From: an uncultured virus (IMG/VR IMGVR_UViG_2061766007_004178)
Lineage: Duplodnaviria > Heunggongvirae > Uroviricota > Caudoviricetes
Length of the DNA stretch: 64,000 bases
Strand: one strand, 5' to 3'
Virus record (IMG/VR): IMGVR_UViG_2061766007_004178
The notes under the pieces were generated by a model. That model ran no database searches. It was not told where the DNA came from and saw only the letters and a program-made list of their open reading frames with translations. Of this stretch, positions 1 through 11,415 are shown piece by piece (within the stretch, counting starts at the first letter, position 1; each line of letters starts with the position of its first letter). The position numbers and the translations under genes are program-made.

Positions 1-554
1 ATGTCAGTCGCGAGCAAATCGATGGTATCGTCTACGAACAGCGTCGCGTCTGCCGTGGCGCTTATAGCCGTTACGATCCTCTCGAATGGATTATGCTTCT
101 TCGTGGCGTATAAAGCGCCTTTCGCTACATCGCTTCCCGAGCCGATGGCGATGTATTCGCTTATCTCTGAAACGCTTAAATCATTTCAGATAAGTCAGGC
201 TTTGTCCTTATAGGCGAAAATGAAAGAATTAGGCATCATCTCGCACGTAGCTTCCTCTTTGGCGCTGATATTGATGCCGTTTTGCTTTAAACTCGCGACT
301 ATGGCCGGAGCTATTGAGCAGACTATGCAATCGGTAGACATTTCGTCATTCAGCACGTTTTTGTCGATAATATTCGAATATTGGACTATTTGCAAAGCCC
401 TTATAGAGCCAACGCTGCCCATTATTGCGCCTGGCAAATCGGCGACTGGCCAAATCTTGGTGCATGTATGTTCTTTAGAATCGCCGGTGCTGACCTGTTT
501 GTCGGCGCCAAGAACGATTCTATCTTTATCACGAATTGCTATGACAAGAGACAT
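1..554 (-). CDS. HslV/proteasome-beta-like Ntn peptidase, runs off window; needs TGA=Trp
   Basis: N-term SLVIAIRDKDRIVLGADKQVS. Reading through TGA at 195-197 and 186-188 gives KDKAWLIWNDLSV..YIAIGSGSDVAKGAL, restoring the typical AIGSG motif. Confidence 0.8.
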
Positions 555-557
555 AAA

Positions 558-1160
558 CTAATCCTCCTTATAATGTTGTCAATGATAACCACCAGCAGTT
601 TTGCGGTGACCATGTAAGCAGCTACAAATATTAGTTGTTGTCGCTAAACCTAAAATATTTTTAGCTTCTGCAGTAGAGTTAAACACTCTGCCTAACTCTA
701 CACAATAAATTTTTCCTGTTTTACATAACCCATAACTTATAGCCAAATTATGCTCTGCTGAATGTTTTCTACCGGCCATTCTTTTACTGTGGGCTAATTT
801 TTGTTCTTCTGATTGTGGCTTACCCTTATTTCACGGTTCATGGTGAACAACAGAATCTCCACCTTCAGTCATATTATAGCCGTTACAATTTGGGCTATAA
901 ATTCAAGTATTGTAATATGAAATTCAATATTTTTCTCTTTTATTAGCTTCTTCTAAAGTTTCTATGTCAGACTCTAAGATCTCATGCTCAAAGTTTTCTC
1001 AGCCGTATTTTTGAATAGCTTCAGCAAAAATTCTTTGGTCTTTCAATGTATAGCCATAACCATTTTTCCATCTTAAATTTAATTTTGGTCTACTAGTTTG
1101 GCCAATATATCTTTTACCATTAATTTTATTAATATGACAATATATTATTCAAGTCTTCAT
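558..1160 (-). CDS. GIY-YIG homing endonuclease with NUMOD-like C-terminus, 200 aa with TGA=Trp
   Basis: IIYCHINKINGKRYIGQT, KYG*ENF, EKY*ISYYNT, GYNMTEGG, TAGGYH*Q. Six in-frame TGA (1149, 999, 924, 903, 831, 579), several at family-typical Trp positions. AT-rich relative to neighbours. Confidence 0.9.
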
Positions 1161-1162
1161 AA

Positions 1163-2086
1163 TTAATTCAATAAATCGGCCAAAGCCGCGGTCGCCGAGC
1201 GCTCTGATTTAACCAGATGCACGTAACCGAAAAGCTTTTCACCTGCTAAGTTCTCTATAAGCGTCTCGATGCCTTTCGACTTCTCAAAGACAGCTTTATC
1301 CCTTTGCCTGTTATCGGCGTCAAACCAAACCTCTGAGCCTTCTGCCGCTCGAGCGATGATAAGCTGTATATGCTCTTTCGTCAGGTTTTCCGCCTCTGAG
1401 CACATAATCAGCGTATTCTCCAGATTGCGGCCTCTCAGGGACTGCAATGGCTCGACGACCAATGTGCCTTTGTCGAGCATCGTTCTGACGCTATGCTCGC
1501 CGGCATGGTCGATGAACGGCCCCAAAAACGGAAGCAGCTTGTCTATGACTTCGCCTGGAAGCGCACCTAAATCTTTCGTATCGCGCACGTCGACATTGTT
1601 GCGAATCCATACGATTCTTTCGAACCTGCCGGCCTTCAGCGCCTCTAAAGCGGCCGTAACGAGGATGAGCGTTTTGCCTGTGCCTCAGGTTCCGGTCAGC
1701 AATTTGATGGTCTTCGATTCGTCTTTCATCAAATCGAAGGCGCATACTTGCTCGTCATTCCTCGGCGTAATGGTCACGCTCTTGCCTTTTGCGTATCTTT
1801 TTGCTGTCGTTCTCTGCGATTTATCGTCTTTCTCTTTCGTTTTCGACTCTCCGAGCGGAACAGGCGTCAAATCTTTGTAGGTCGTGATCGAGCCGCCTGT
1901 GAATTTCCTCAGCTGATTGTTCTCATAGCAGTAGAAAGTCGTCGAACCGTCGGTCGTATGGACGATCAGATACTCGTTCTCTCTGAGCTTGAGCGAGGTC
2001 GGAACCACGTTTTCCGTATAAAGGGCAAGCCATTCATCGGAAGTCGGATTCCAACGTTTCCAACCAGTGTAACCTGATTCAGTCAT
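1163..2086 (-). CDS. phoH: PhoH family ATPase; one in-frame TGA
   Basis: PRNDEQ..LLTGT*GTGKT Walker A (TGA 1685-1687), DLGALPG, LRGRNL, SEAENLT, RSATA. The two ORF-track pieces are one frame. Confidence 0.92.
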
Positions 2087-2162
2087 TAAATATCTCCTAT
2101 GTCGATAAACCTGAGTGCCATGTCGGCGTATCGCGCCCTAAATAACCAACAAGTTATCACAT

Positions 2163-2171
2163 TAATTTAGC
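2163..2171 (-). promoter_or_regulatory. GCTAAATTA motif, candidate phage late/middle promoter
   Basis: Same intergenic motif on the same strand at 21235, 24769, 25478, 31885 and 50098 (variant at 21171), each upstream of a gene start. Confidence 0.6.
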
Positions 2172-2181
2172 TTATATTAAT

Positions 2182-2211
2182 AAAAAGCCCCGCAAATTGC
2201 ATGCGGGGCTT
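2182..2211 (-). terminator. intrinsic terminator after TerD-like gene
   Basis: AAGCCCCGCA..TGCGGGGCTT hairpin followed by T run on the minus strand. Confidence 0.75.
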
Positions 2212-2233
2212 CAGTTTTGCTAGGGGTTTTCGA

Positions 2234-4242
2234 TTAAGCGAGCTCAGCGCCGTTGGCGAGCTGGACAAGCTTCTCGATCTCATACGGCCTGACGACCTTC
2301 TGAGCTTCTGTTGGCGTATAGGCGGCATCGAAGACGACATCGGCCTCTTCTGGAGTCGAGACGACCTCAGATCCTCTGTACTGAGCGACTAAGCCCATGT
2401 TGAGGTCTAAGCAGCTAGAAGATAAGTATTTCATTACTGTATCTTTCATATCGCCGGAAACAACGCGGTTTTCGGAGTCTAAGAGCATATTGAAGATGAC
2501 GACTTCATTGGTTTGTAAGTCAATACCAAATGACATAAAGGCACGGGTATCGCCCTTAACATGAATTTTTAATTCGATGTTCTTTGGATCCCAAGCTTTT
2601 GTATTCAAGTTGTTCTTGTCTTGGTAACCGCAGTAGATTTCTCCGCTGTTGAGGTTGGAACAGAAACCATGGAAAGCTTGAATGATGTAACGGACACCAT
2701 GTCTACGAAGGCCATCTAAGTCCATATCGTAGTATTCAGTGCCATTTGGGCTTGTGACGTCGCCGGAGAAAAGCAAATCGTTAGAGTATGCTTTATACAT
2801 GTAGTTGAAGAAACCCATAACGTCGACATTGCCTTTTTCATCAATGATGACTAATGAAGAGTCGATATCGAACGCATGTTCCCAGTGAACGAAAGTGCGG
2901 ATTTTGTTTCCTCTGACCGGAATTCTAGAGCCGGCTGGTAAGACATCAATACCTTTGCCGGAAGCAGAAGTGTTGACTGGAACGCCGACTTTGTAGAAGT
3001 CTTCAGAAACATAAACCTTACCTAAAGAAGGCTGAGCGCGGTAACCGGCCTCAATCTGAGCGAAGGTTGCGTCTTTGACCATCTTGCGGGTGGCGTCATT
3101 GAGCCTGGACTTTCTCCATTTGGCCTCATATTCGGTCTCAGTGTGCTTTTTGACGAGCTTGTTCTTGGTGAAAGCGAATGTGCGGTTTCCGCCGTTGTCT
3201 TCCATCAAGGTATTGACGAACTGATATAAGGCGACTGGGTTCTTTGATGGGATCATCTTGACGATCTCCAATGCCTCCGCCGGATTGGCGCGAGACATCA
3301 AATATTTGATGTTCCTCTCGAATAAGGAGCCATTTGCTGCATAGACTTTCGCCGCGCCTAAAACGTCGCCTTTGTTCATCAAAGCCTGGGCTTTTGCGTA
3401 TGGCGAACGCTTGTTGGTGGCAAGGCTGACTTTGCCCTGCGCGCCGACTTTATTGACCAAAGTATTGAAATATTTGGCCTGTTTCTTGGACATTGGGCAG
3501 TCTTTGACGTATGGGATAGCGCGTCTGATCAAATCTTTCGTCTCATCGTCTAAGATAAGCTTGGACTTCTCGCCGCAGCGGGAGACCGAAAGCTTGACCA
3601 AATCCTTTTTATAAAGGAAACGCGCGAAGTTTTCGTCTTTCTTAAGCATGGTGACCGCGTTATCGCCGCAAAGGATGTCGAAATCCTTGTAATAACCGTG
3701 CTCGCAGAGGTAAACGAATTCGTTTTCCTCGTCCAAAGACCATGGGCGCTTGTAATCGCAGTAGGCTTTGGCGATTCCGGACAAGACCTCATCGGCCTCA
3801 TCGACAGTCAAAATCTTGAATTCGCGGAGTTTGATCTCGCTGCCGACCGGATAGCTTGGCAGGTTCTTCTCGGCGCCGAATAAATCGATGGCGGAATTAG
3901 CCTCGCCATAAGCCAAGAAGTAGGAAACGACCTGGTTGACGAAAAGCTCGCCGGCGGNNNNNNNNNNNNNNNNNNTTCTTGTAGAAAGAAGCTGGGACAT
4001 CTAATCTGAACAAGTCAGAGATTTCTTTGACCGCCTCAGCGCTCAAAAGCTTGGGCCTGTCGACGACGATGCCGAAATTGGCGTATAAAAACGCGTTGTA
4101 ATAAGCGGCTTTGGCTGCATCGGCCTCTGCGACAGGAGNNNNNNNNNNNNNNNNNNNNNNCGATCAAAATGGTCATTTCGTTGACGTGGTTCTTCGATGC
4201 GATGGTCGAATTGGTTAATTCATAGAATTTCTCAAGTGTCAT
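2234..4242 (-). CDS. large protein with C-terminal TerD-like domain (~670 aa, spans N gaps)
   Basis: RTFVHW..DIDSSLV..FSGDVTS..GTEYYDMDL motifs. Frame is continuous from ATG 4242 (AGGAGG RBS) across two gaps. Confidence 0.7.
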
Positions 4243-4254
4243 AATAACCTCCTA

Positions 4255-4415
4255 ATAAAAAATAAAGCAGTTCTTAATGCGTCAGAAACCATCTCGCCTA
4301 ACGTATTAAAAACTGCTTTAATAAATTAAGTAATATGGCCTAACTATCTTAATAAACCAATTTTATTTCTAGAGAAATAAGTATAGGCTCTATCGTGAGG
4401 AATAACCCTCACATC
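4255..4415 (-). promoter_or_regulatory. structured 5' leader with three hairpins upstream of the TerD-like gene
   Basis: TATAAT at 4419-4424. Hairpins at 4395-4412, ~4337-4390 and 4263-4320 (~24 bp with G-U pairs, followed by a T run). Confidence 0.55.
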
Positions 4416-5027
4416 AATATTATACGATATTTTTTTAAATTTTTTTGTTTTTAGTAATCAAAACGGCAAATTCCTACTGAGGCCTCTGCCATCCTAGCCA
4501 CTTCAACAGCCACAGAATGCNNNNNNNNNNNNNNNNNNNNNNNNNNNAAGCGCTTCTAACCAGCTTTTGATCTCGTTTTTATCCAATAAGCTGTAATTTT
4601 TGGCTTCTTCTAAGGTTTTAATTAACGAATCAATATATTTGATCGCGCTTATTGATTCGGACATTTCCAACTCTGGATCCATAATCGCCTNNNNNNNNNN
4701 NNNNNNNNNNNNNCGTCGACTGAATTCTCAGTCGCGTCCGCCAGAACGTAGTCGTAATAGACTTCATTCGGCTCGATATTGGTATGGATGACCAACAAAT
4801 GCTGCTTACCGGTCTTTTCGGTGATGAGGTCGAGCAGCTGCGCTCTTTCGAGTTTGTCGAGATTCGGCCCATTGCCAAAATAAGTGTCTTTGATCAATGT
4901 ATCAGCCATTCGCTCGAGTATTTCCATTGCGCGCTCCAATTATGCCGTTCTTAATATACTATACGGTTTTTCCATAGATTTTAGCATATCGCCGAAAGCA
5001 AAACTGAATTGCCTGATAAGCTTATGC

Positions 5028-5417
5028 TTAGCGCTCTTTATATTCTGGAAGCCCTAAAGCCTTTTTGACCGCATTATACTCGGCGTTCTTCTTATCGATC
5101 GCCTCTCGCTCGCGCTTGTTGGTGAATATGCTCTTATCGACCGTATACCGCATGTCGATAAGCATGCGCTCAGGGTACTTCTCATAGAAGAACATGTCTG
5201 GGTGGTCCTGAACTTCGACATGCTCGCGAAGCACCTTAAGCACCCCTGCGTTATCGAGCTCTGACAGCTTATGCGTCGCCTTAGCGTCTGCTTCGGCTTC
5301 CACGTTCGCTATGAAGGTCTTCAGGGTCTCGAAGGCCTTATTGGCTTTCTCATCGTTTTCGTCATGGGCATCGACCCTAAGCTTGAGCTCCCATAGAGCG
5401 TCCATAAATCTATTCAT
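5028..5417 (-). CDS. hypothetical protein
   Basis: ORF in tightly packed operon. Confidence 0.7.
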   Translation of the reverse strand: MNRFMDALWELKLRVDAHDENDEKANKAFETLKTFIANVEAEADAKATHKLSELDNAGVLKVLREHVEVQDHPDMFFYEKYPERMLIDMRYTVDKSIFTNKREREAIDKKNAEYNAVKKALGLPEYKER

Positions 5418-5706
5418 CTTCGTTCTCGCTTTCTGCCTCTAAATCATGCGGATAGACCGTTATGCATCTCGTGCTCGTCGAAGCAAATACGAACACGTAT
5501 CCGTTATAATATTTTATTCTTCTGCGGTTGACTTCTTGTTTGCCCTGCAGCCAATCCCTGCCAGGTCCTGGTGGCAAGTTCTGCCAGCATTTCCCATACC
5601 TTTGGGCAAGCTTCATCATCTCTTTGGCTTTCTTCTTGCCCCAGCCGCAGCGCTCAGCCGCGCGAAAATACGCATGATCCGTATTCGGCGCCTTAATCCT
5701 GCTCAT
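5410..5706 (-). CDS. hypothetical protein (small, basic)
   Basis: ORF with TDHAYFRAAER..TRCITVY. Confidence 0.65.
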   Translation of the reverse strand: MSRIKAPNTDHAYFRAAERCGWGKKKAKEMMKLAQRYGKCWQNLPPGPGRDWLQGKQEVNRRRIKYYNGYVFVFASTSTRCITVYPHDLEAESENEDE

Positions 5707-6684
5707 TTTTGAAGGCCTTCTTAAACAGCTTCAGTCTCTTCTTAGCCGTCTCAAGCTGGCTGGCCGTCGGCTCATTGATTCCCAAAGCCTTGCAGATCTC
5801 CTCGATATTGTCGCTATCCAGTATGGATATCGGCTTNNNNNNNNNNNNNNNNNNNNACGCTGAAATCGGTCCTTTTGCCGTCTGCGGTTTTCGGATGCAC
5901 ATGTTCTTTCCTCCAGATGACCTCATTAGTCGCCCAGTCCAGCTTCATGATGGCGTACTCACCATTCCATTCGCCTTTCCTGAAAGCCCAACGATACTTG
6001 TGATACCGGCAGTAAGAATCATACCATTCAAGATAGCCCTGATTGATGCTGATGTCATGCTCCGTCAGATATTTGATGAATTCCTCTAAGCTTGCCGTAA
6101 ACTCATCGGCGGTAGCGTCTCTGAGGCTCGTCATAATCCCGCAGACGATNNNNNNNNNNNNNNNAGTCTTCTTGTATGCCGACGTATTGCTTCAAAGTGT
6201 CGAAGTTCCAGAATTCGAAATCGCTTCGCTCAAAGCCTTTGTACATCCTATCAACAGCAGCCCGATAGTACTCATACATGCAATCGTGATAAAAACCGCC
6301 CATCCAAGAGCTGCCGTCTGTATCACGTTGATCTAAAACGTACCTGAACCCAGTCTCACCTTGCGGAAAAATCTTAAACGCTTCAGCTAAGATCGGCTTG
6401 GCTCGCGGCAGAGAATATACGATCGCATCATCGAATTCAAGCAGCGGCTTATCGGTCTTACAATCGTGCCCTATAACTGGCGCGCCAAGCTTGAACTGCT
6501 CTTCTGGAAAAGGCAAATAAATCGCCTTGTGCCAGCGTTCTTTATAACCATCGCGTGCCGCTTCATATGCGGCATCGCTGTCAAAATAAGCGCGTTTCGG
6601 TTCGACTTCTTTGAAGTTCTTGTCAACTTCGAACGGAGAGCACCCGAAAGTCAATCCGCCGCGCACGTATGTCCATTCGCTCAT
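5693..6684 (-). CDS. hypothetical protein (three ORF-track pieces joined across N gaps)
   Basis: RBS GGAGG before 6684; the pieces abut the gaps. Confidence 0.6.
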
Positions 6685-6697
6685 AAACGATGACCTC

Positions 6698-7021
6698 CTA
6701 GTCCAAATAGCCTGGCTGCCCGGCCTGGCCGAGCAAAGACTTTAAAAACTCCGCCTTATTGCGAAGCTGATAAATAGCATATTCGATATCGCTGAGCTCG
6801 TTTCTAAGGTCGAGCTCGCAAATGTCTACGAAAAAGTCCTCCTCGAAGTCGTTATAGCCTATTTTCGGATACTTCTTCTTCGCCTCATCATAATCGAAGA
6901 TGCCAGCAAGCTTCTCATCTTGGGCATAGCCGGCATAGCTCGGCTTCCACCAAGCCTCATGCTCATTGCTGTAGATTTTAACGAGCTTCCTCATTATATG
7001 GCATACCGTCCTTTCCTTCAT
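6698..7021 (-). CDS. hypothetical protein
   Basis: ORF. Confidence 0.6.
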   Translation of the reverse strand: MKERTVCHIMRKLVKIYSNEHEAWWKPSYAGYAQDEKLAGIFDYDEAKKKYPKIGYNDFEEDFFVDICELDLRNELSDIEYAIYQLRNKAEFLKSLLGQAGQPGYLD

Positions 7022-7153
7022 CGCCTTCGATGAGCTCAGGGTCGTCTTTTTCCCTGCAGGCCATGCCGACGATCAAGCAGAATCCGACGATAAACGCCGC
7101 CGTAATACCAAACTTGATAAGCAAATCCAAAAGTATTGTCATTGTTTTACCTC

Positions 7154-7663
7154 CTATCTTGTGAATTTATAGTTTACTACTGGGTCATCTTTATAATAAC
7201 CTTCTTCCAAAGCCGCTCTGGCCCAGTCATTAGCCTCGTCTTTGAACGGGCCTTCGGTCTCTAAAAACCAGTCCCTAATCCTGACAACGTCTTCTTTGCT
7301 GAGAATTTGATCTGATTGGCTTACTCTGAATTCGCTCGGCCATTCGGCTTCGTTATCGAAGACCAGATTCAAGGTCTCGCCAGGACCGGCATCTCCGACG
7401 ATATTGTGGTCANNNNNNNNNNNNNNNCCCTTTATGTCTACCGGCGGCTCATCATCCGTCTTGCAAAAGGCGACAGATCCGCCGTTGTCGCCGAATATAT
7501 GGAATTCGTCCCAGTATTTTTTCGAAATCTCCTGAACAGACTCGCCGGCCTCGAAAAGCCTGGCTAGCTCAAAACATTGCTTTGCATTGTCCAGCCAAAA
7601 AGAAATGAACAAAGTGCCTGGTTTGACGGTTTTAAGGAATTCTTTCGCGCCTAATAATCTCAT
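7154..7663 (-). CDS. hypothetical protein
   Basis: ORF with own TGTATAAT promoter and GAGG RBS. Confidence 0.7.
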   Translation of the reverse strand: MRLLGAKEFLKTVKPGTLFISFWLDNAKQCFELARLFEAGESVQEISKKYWDEFHIFGDNGGSVAFCKTDDEPPVDIKXXXXXXDHNIVGDAGPGETLNLVFDNEAEWPSEFRVSQSDQILSKEDVVRIRDWFLETEGPFKDEANDWARAALEEGYYKDDPVVNYKFTR

Positions 7664-7972
7664 AATAGCTGACCTCTAATTATATTATACAGCCGACTGA
7701 ACGCTTTTCTTGCTTGTTTCTGGCGCCCATTCTTTGACCGCTCGAATCTCGACCTCTAGAATCTTGTACGAGACGATAGCTTCTGGCCTGCTGNNNNNNN
7801 NNNNNNNNNNNNNNNNNNNNNNNGGATTGAACCAGCAAGCTTCAGGCACTTATCGCCGGCTTCTACGGCCCTATCGATCGAGTTGTATATCTTGGCTTTC
7901 CTCAATTGAGGACTGGTCGTGTTATAGCCACACCAATATAAGCCGTTGTTGAATCGTATTACGAACATTTGT

Positions 7973-8164
7973 CTAGGCCTCCTTAGGACAGATATCGTAT
8001 AAACCTTTAGAGTTCATGACAATTACCCAATTTGTAAGCTTGTATTTCTGAATATTTCTTATAGCTTCGCCAATGGTTTTATATCCATCAAACCGCAAAT
8101 CGGCATAAACGAATCCGTCAAGGCCACCCTTTATGATTTCTTTAGCTTCTTTTTTAAACTCCAT
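7973..8164 (-). CDS. hypothetical protein
   Basis: ORF, TAATG overlap with upstream gene. Confidence 0.6.
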   Translation of the reverse strand: MEFKKEAKEIIKGGLDGFVYADLRFDGYKTIGEAIRNIQKYKLTNWVIVMNSKGLYDICPKEA

Positions 8165-8508
8165 TATTCAGAATCTCCTTTGCTCACGATGTTTCCGCGG
8201 CAGACGTACATATTGTAGAAAGCCGAGCTTGGGCCATCGTATATCTCATTGTTCTTCAGCAGCCAATGCGAGAAAATGCCGAATGCGATCTGATCCAGGT
8301 CTTCCGGATAGCACCAGCCGTCATAAATATATACTTTGTCTTTGATTAAGATCTGAACCTTATATCTATAAGTAGTTACCTCATCCGTCAATGGATTATA
8401 CGCATCGTAAAGCTCTGTGCACCTGACGGCGATGTCATAGCCGCTATGGCGAAAGAATGCTTTGAGCAGCTTAAGCAATTCCTTTCGAATCGAACGCTTG
8501 GTGACCAT
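8164..8508 (-). CDS. hypothetical protein
   Basis: ORF, TAATG overlaps. Confidence 0.65.
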   Translation of the reverse strand: MVTKRSIRKELLKLLKAFFRHSGYDIAVRCTELYDAYNPLTDEVTTYRYKVQILIKDKVYIYDGWCYPEDLDQIAFGIFSHWLLKNNEIYDGPSSAFYNMYVCRGNIVSKGDSE

Positions 8509-8716
8509 TATTCATGGTTCTCCTTAGTCTTCGAAAATTCACGCAGAAGGTCTTCGAAGAACTCTTCCACATAACCTACATCAGCGTGTATGACGACTCC
8601 ATTTGATAACAGACCTTGTGTTTGGCCTGAATTATCCAAGAAGAATTCGATTTCTCTCAACAATGCCTCAGCATCGACTTCATAGTCTAAAAATTTCATT
8701 CTTTTTTCTCCTGTGA

Positions 8717-9031
8717 TTAAATGTCTAAAACTATCCATTCCCAATTTTTATATTTATAGGATTTGGTTTCTTCGTTCCATTCCAGCTCGTCCCAGATAGT
8801 TTCCCAGCTAGTGTTCTTGTCTTCTTCGTCTAACCCTATATCGGCGCCAGCAACATCGTCTAAAAAATCATACAAGGTATCAAAATAACTGGCTTCTTCG
8901 ATCCAGGACTTTCTAAAGCTTTCTGTTGCGCCTTTGGCCACTTTTGTTCCTTTATAAAACAAAACGGCTATATCGTCGTCGTACTTATATTTTTTTCTTA
9001 CGCTGTATTGGACCTTATCGATGTCTTTCAT
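8717..9031 (-). CDS. hypothetical protein
   Basis: ORF, TAATG overlap. Confidence 0.65.
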   Translation of the reverse strand: MKDIDKVQYSVRKKYKYDDDIAVLFYKGTKVAKGATESFRKSWIEEASYFDTLYDFLDDVAGADIGLDEEDKNTSWETIWDELEWNEETKSYKYKNWEWIVLDI

Positions 9032-9289
9032 TATTCAAGGTCTCCCTTCATGTTTCTAGCCTGCGCACAGTCTTTTTCAGAAAGCCAAATATTTATGGCA
9101 GACTTATATTTGTCATTTAAGCACGTTCTGCCACACGTTATCTGCGTGACTTCGCAATCGCCGTATTTTTGCAGCGTTTTATCGACAGATTGTTTACAAG
9201 ACTTTTTGTTATAGCAACCCCAGCCGATATGATTGCTGATAAANNNNNNNNNNNNNNTGGGAGCACGTCAACGATTTCTCTATAAGTCA

Positions 9290-9640
9290 TTATTCGAGAT
9301 GCTCCTTCTTTAGCCCGTTAAGTTCTTTAATCTTTTTCAGAACTGCTTCTTTCTCTTCTTCGCTGCATGGACCTGTGCCGCAGAGAGTGATTTTACGGGG
9401 CGAATTCGTTGCGTTGCGTAATTTTAACTCAAGTATATGCAATTTTAATATATTCCAAGGACTTTTATTATTACTCAGCTGATAATTGAACTCGCTATCT
9501 TTCTGATAAGCTTTGAATAAGCATTCCATGCTCTTAATACATTCTTCTATAGAGGGCATATGCACTTCAGCCGGTGCCGCAAGTTCAATATCTTTTCCTA
9601 AGTTAATTATTTTCTGTTTCATCTTTATCCATCTCCACAT
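9290..9640 (-). CDS. hypothetical protein
   Basis: ORF; start uncertain. Confidence 0.55.
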   Translation of the reverse strand: MWRWIKMKQKIINLGKDIELAAPAEVHMPSIEECIKSMECLFKAYQKDSEFNYQLSNNKSPWNILKLHILELKLRNATNSPRKITLCGTGPCSEEEKEAVLKKIKELNGLKKEHLE

Positions 9641-9844
9641 GCTCGTCTTCGTCTATGAGCATCGCCACCCTTCTACTGAAATTGTTTATCTGCTTGAAGG
9701 ATAACATGACATCGGTTTCTCCGGTATCGGGGTTCCTGATACCTCTGCCACTGTCGGCCAAGGCTTGAAGGAACTCATGTATGAAATCAAATTCTTTCTT
9801 AGTCATTGCTCAAAGTCCTCCTTATTAAATGGCATAAATATGCC

Positions 9845-10348
9845 TTACTCATCTTTTTTATAATCTCCTAACCCCTGTACCTTTAATGGCTCAATGACTA
9901 CCAAGTCCTCGGTTATCAGCTGCGGCATCGCCGCGTCGAAGGCTTCGCTAAAAAGCTTTTTCGTCGCCTTCGTCCATTCTTCGTCTCTTCTTTGCTGCTC
10001 GGCGATCTCCTCGTCGCTCGGCTCGTAGTCTTTGAAGGTCTTGTTCATTTCGTCTAAATAATAAACAGCTCCGGCTACTTCGGTCCAGCAACCGATCCTG
10101 CCGTCTTCGTAGATATCGAGATTGTCCCAGTCATCATCGAACCTTTTATTATCCATAGACGCGAAATCGATGTCTCCTTCTACGAACTTGATGGCGTCCT
10201 CGACCGAGACGTCTAAGCCCATGAGATAATCGATGACTTTTTTATAGTCGCACTTGTCTTCGTTCTCCGCCAAGCAGCCGCCTGGATGGAGGAACGTATC
10301 GCCTCTATACATGTGCTGGATGACTCTTATCGCTTCATTGAATGTCAT
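9845..10348 (-). CDS. hypothetical protein
   Basis: ORF with AGGAG RBS. Confidence 0.7.
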   Translation of the reverse strand: MTFNEAIRVIQHMYRGDTFLHPGGCLAENEDKCDYKKVIDYLMGLDVSVEDAIKFVEGDIDFASMDNKRFDDDWDNLDIYEDGRIGCWTEVAGAVYYLDEMNKTFKDYEPSDEEIAEQQRRDEEWTKATKKLFSEAFDAAMPQLITEDLVVIEPLKVQGLGDYKKDE

Positions 10349-10371
10349 GGTTATTTCTCCTTTTCAGAATG

Positions 10372-11415
10372 TTAGTCATTAAAATCTTCTTTGTTAGCTA
10401 CTCTTACCATACGACCATATTGATAAGTGCCTGGTAATGGTAAGCCAGGAATTTGTGAGTCATTGATAACGCATTCGAATTTACATTGACCTTTATCGTC
10501 TAAATAGGGTTCTTCGCCAGCTATTTTTACGCCGACTCTGTATAATGATTCAACTAGCCTACAAAAATCATGTGGGTTTGCCTTAATAGCAGAAGTTCTA
10601 ACTAAAACATGATAGCCGCCAGAAGTATCAACGATAACGTAATTGCCCTTGCCAAATGTAATATTAAGCATCGCCCTTAAACCGTCAGTGTAAGACACAT
10701 CTTGAACAAAGGCTTTGCCTTGAAGTTTCATTAATTCGCTGACCCAAGCTTCATAGCTCTTGATTGGGATGCATTTAACGCAGTTACCGAATTTTGATTC
10801 TGGCAATTTATTTTCTTTGAACCATTTTGGAACGTCGATATCGAAATCCATCCAATATCTGCTGCCCTTCTGATTGGCTTTTAAGTGCTTAATCGTGCTC
10901 TCTGCGTTGCCGAACCATTGGTAGCTCTGGATGTTATCGGCGGTGGTTTTGCCCTCTAGCATGGCCTTAATGATGGCCTGATTGACATCTTGGTATTCCT
11001 CGACGAATTTTTTGCAGACTTTGATATCGTCGCCAGGATTGACGTAAAAAATAACCGCAAGGGTCTTTTCTGGTATGGGCAAGCCTTTTGCGGTCGTGTA
11101 AGCCCCTTTATCTACGTTAAAACATTTGAGGTTCTTCAGGAATCTCTCAAAAGTCCATAACGTTGGGTCATCCTTTTCAGTTGAGTCTTTGATTCCTCTC
11201 AGCCTAAAGGTCTGAGTAGCAAGGAATTCAGCCTCTTTTCTGGTCAAGCCGATTTCCTCTTGCTCTTCTTTGGTGAGCTTTTTATGACGCGAGACGAAAA
11301 CAGCCGAATAGGATTCGTTGATATTCGGTTTTTGGATAACGTGATCGAAGAACCACTTGAGCTCGTTCTCATCAGCGATCATCTGATACATTTCGCTTTT
11401 ATTGGTTTTTTCCAT
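10372..11415 (-). CDS. putative AEP (primase-polymerase) fold protein
   Basis: WMDFDID, DTSGGYHVL and LPLPGT resemble AEP motifs I-III. Confidence 0.5.
   Translation of the reverse strand: MEKTNKSEMYQMIADENELKWFFDHVIQKPNINESYSAVFVSRHKKLTKEEQEEIGLTRKEAEFLATQTFRLRGIKDSTEKDDPTLWTFERFLKNLKCFNVDKGAYTTAKGLPIPEKTLAVIFYVNPGDDIKVCKKFVEEYQDVNQAIIKAMLEGKTTADNIQSYQWFGNAESTIKHLKANQKGSRYWMDFDIDVPKWFKENKLPESKFGNCVKCIPIKSYEAWVSELMKLQGKAFVQDVSYTDGLRAMLNITFGKGNYVIVDTSGGYHVLVRTSAIKANPHDFCRLVESLYRVGVKIAGEEPYLDDKGQCKFECVINDSQIPGLPLPGTYQYGRMVRVANKEDFND

Noticed and set aside
1685..1687. Selenocysteine or Gly (code 25) meaning of TGA
   Set aside because: Alignable sites match Trp (KYGWENF, EKYWI, NWFDP, WLG), not Cys or Gly.
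1..2086. Pseudogene interpretation of the peptidase, endonuclease and phoH
   Set aside because: All interruptions are TGA, with no frameshifts or internal TAA/TAG, and several fall at conserved Trp positions.
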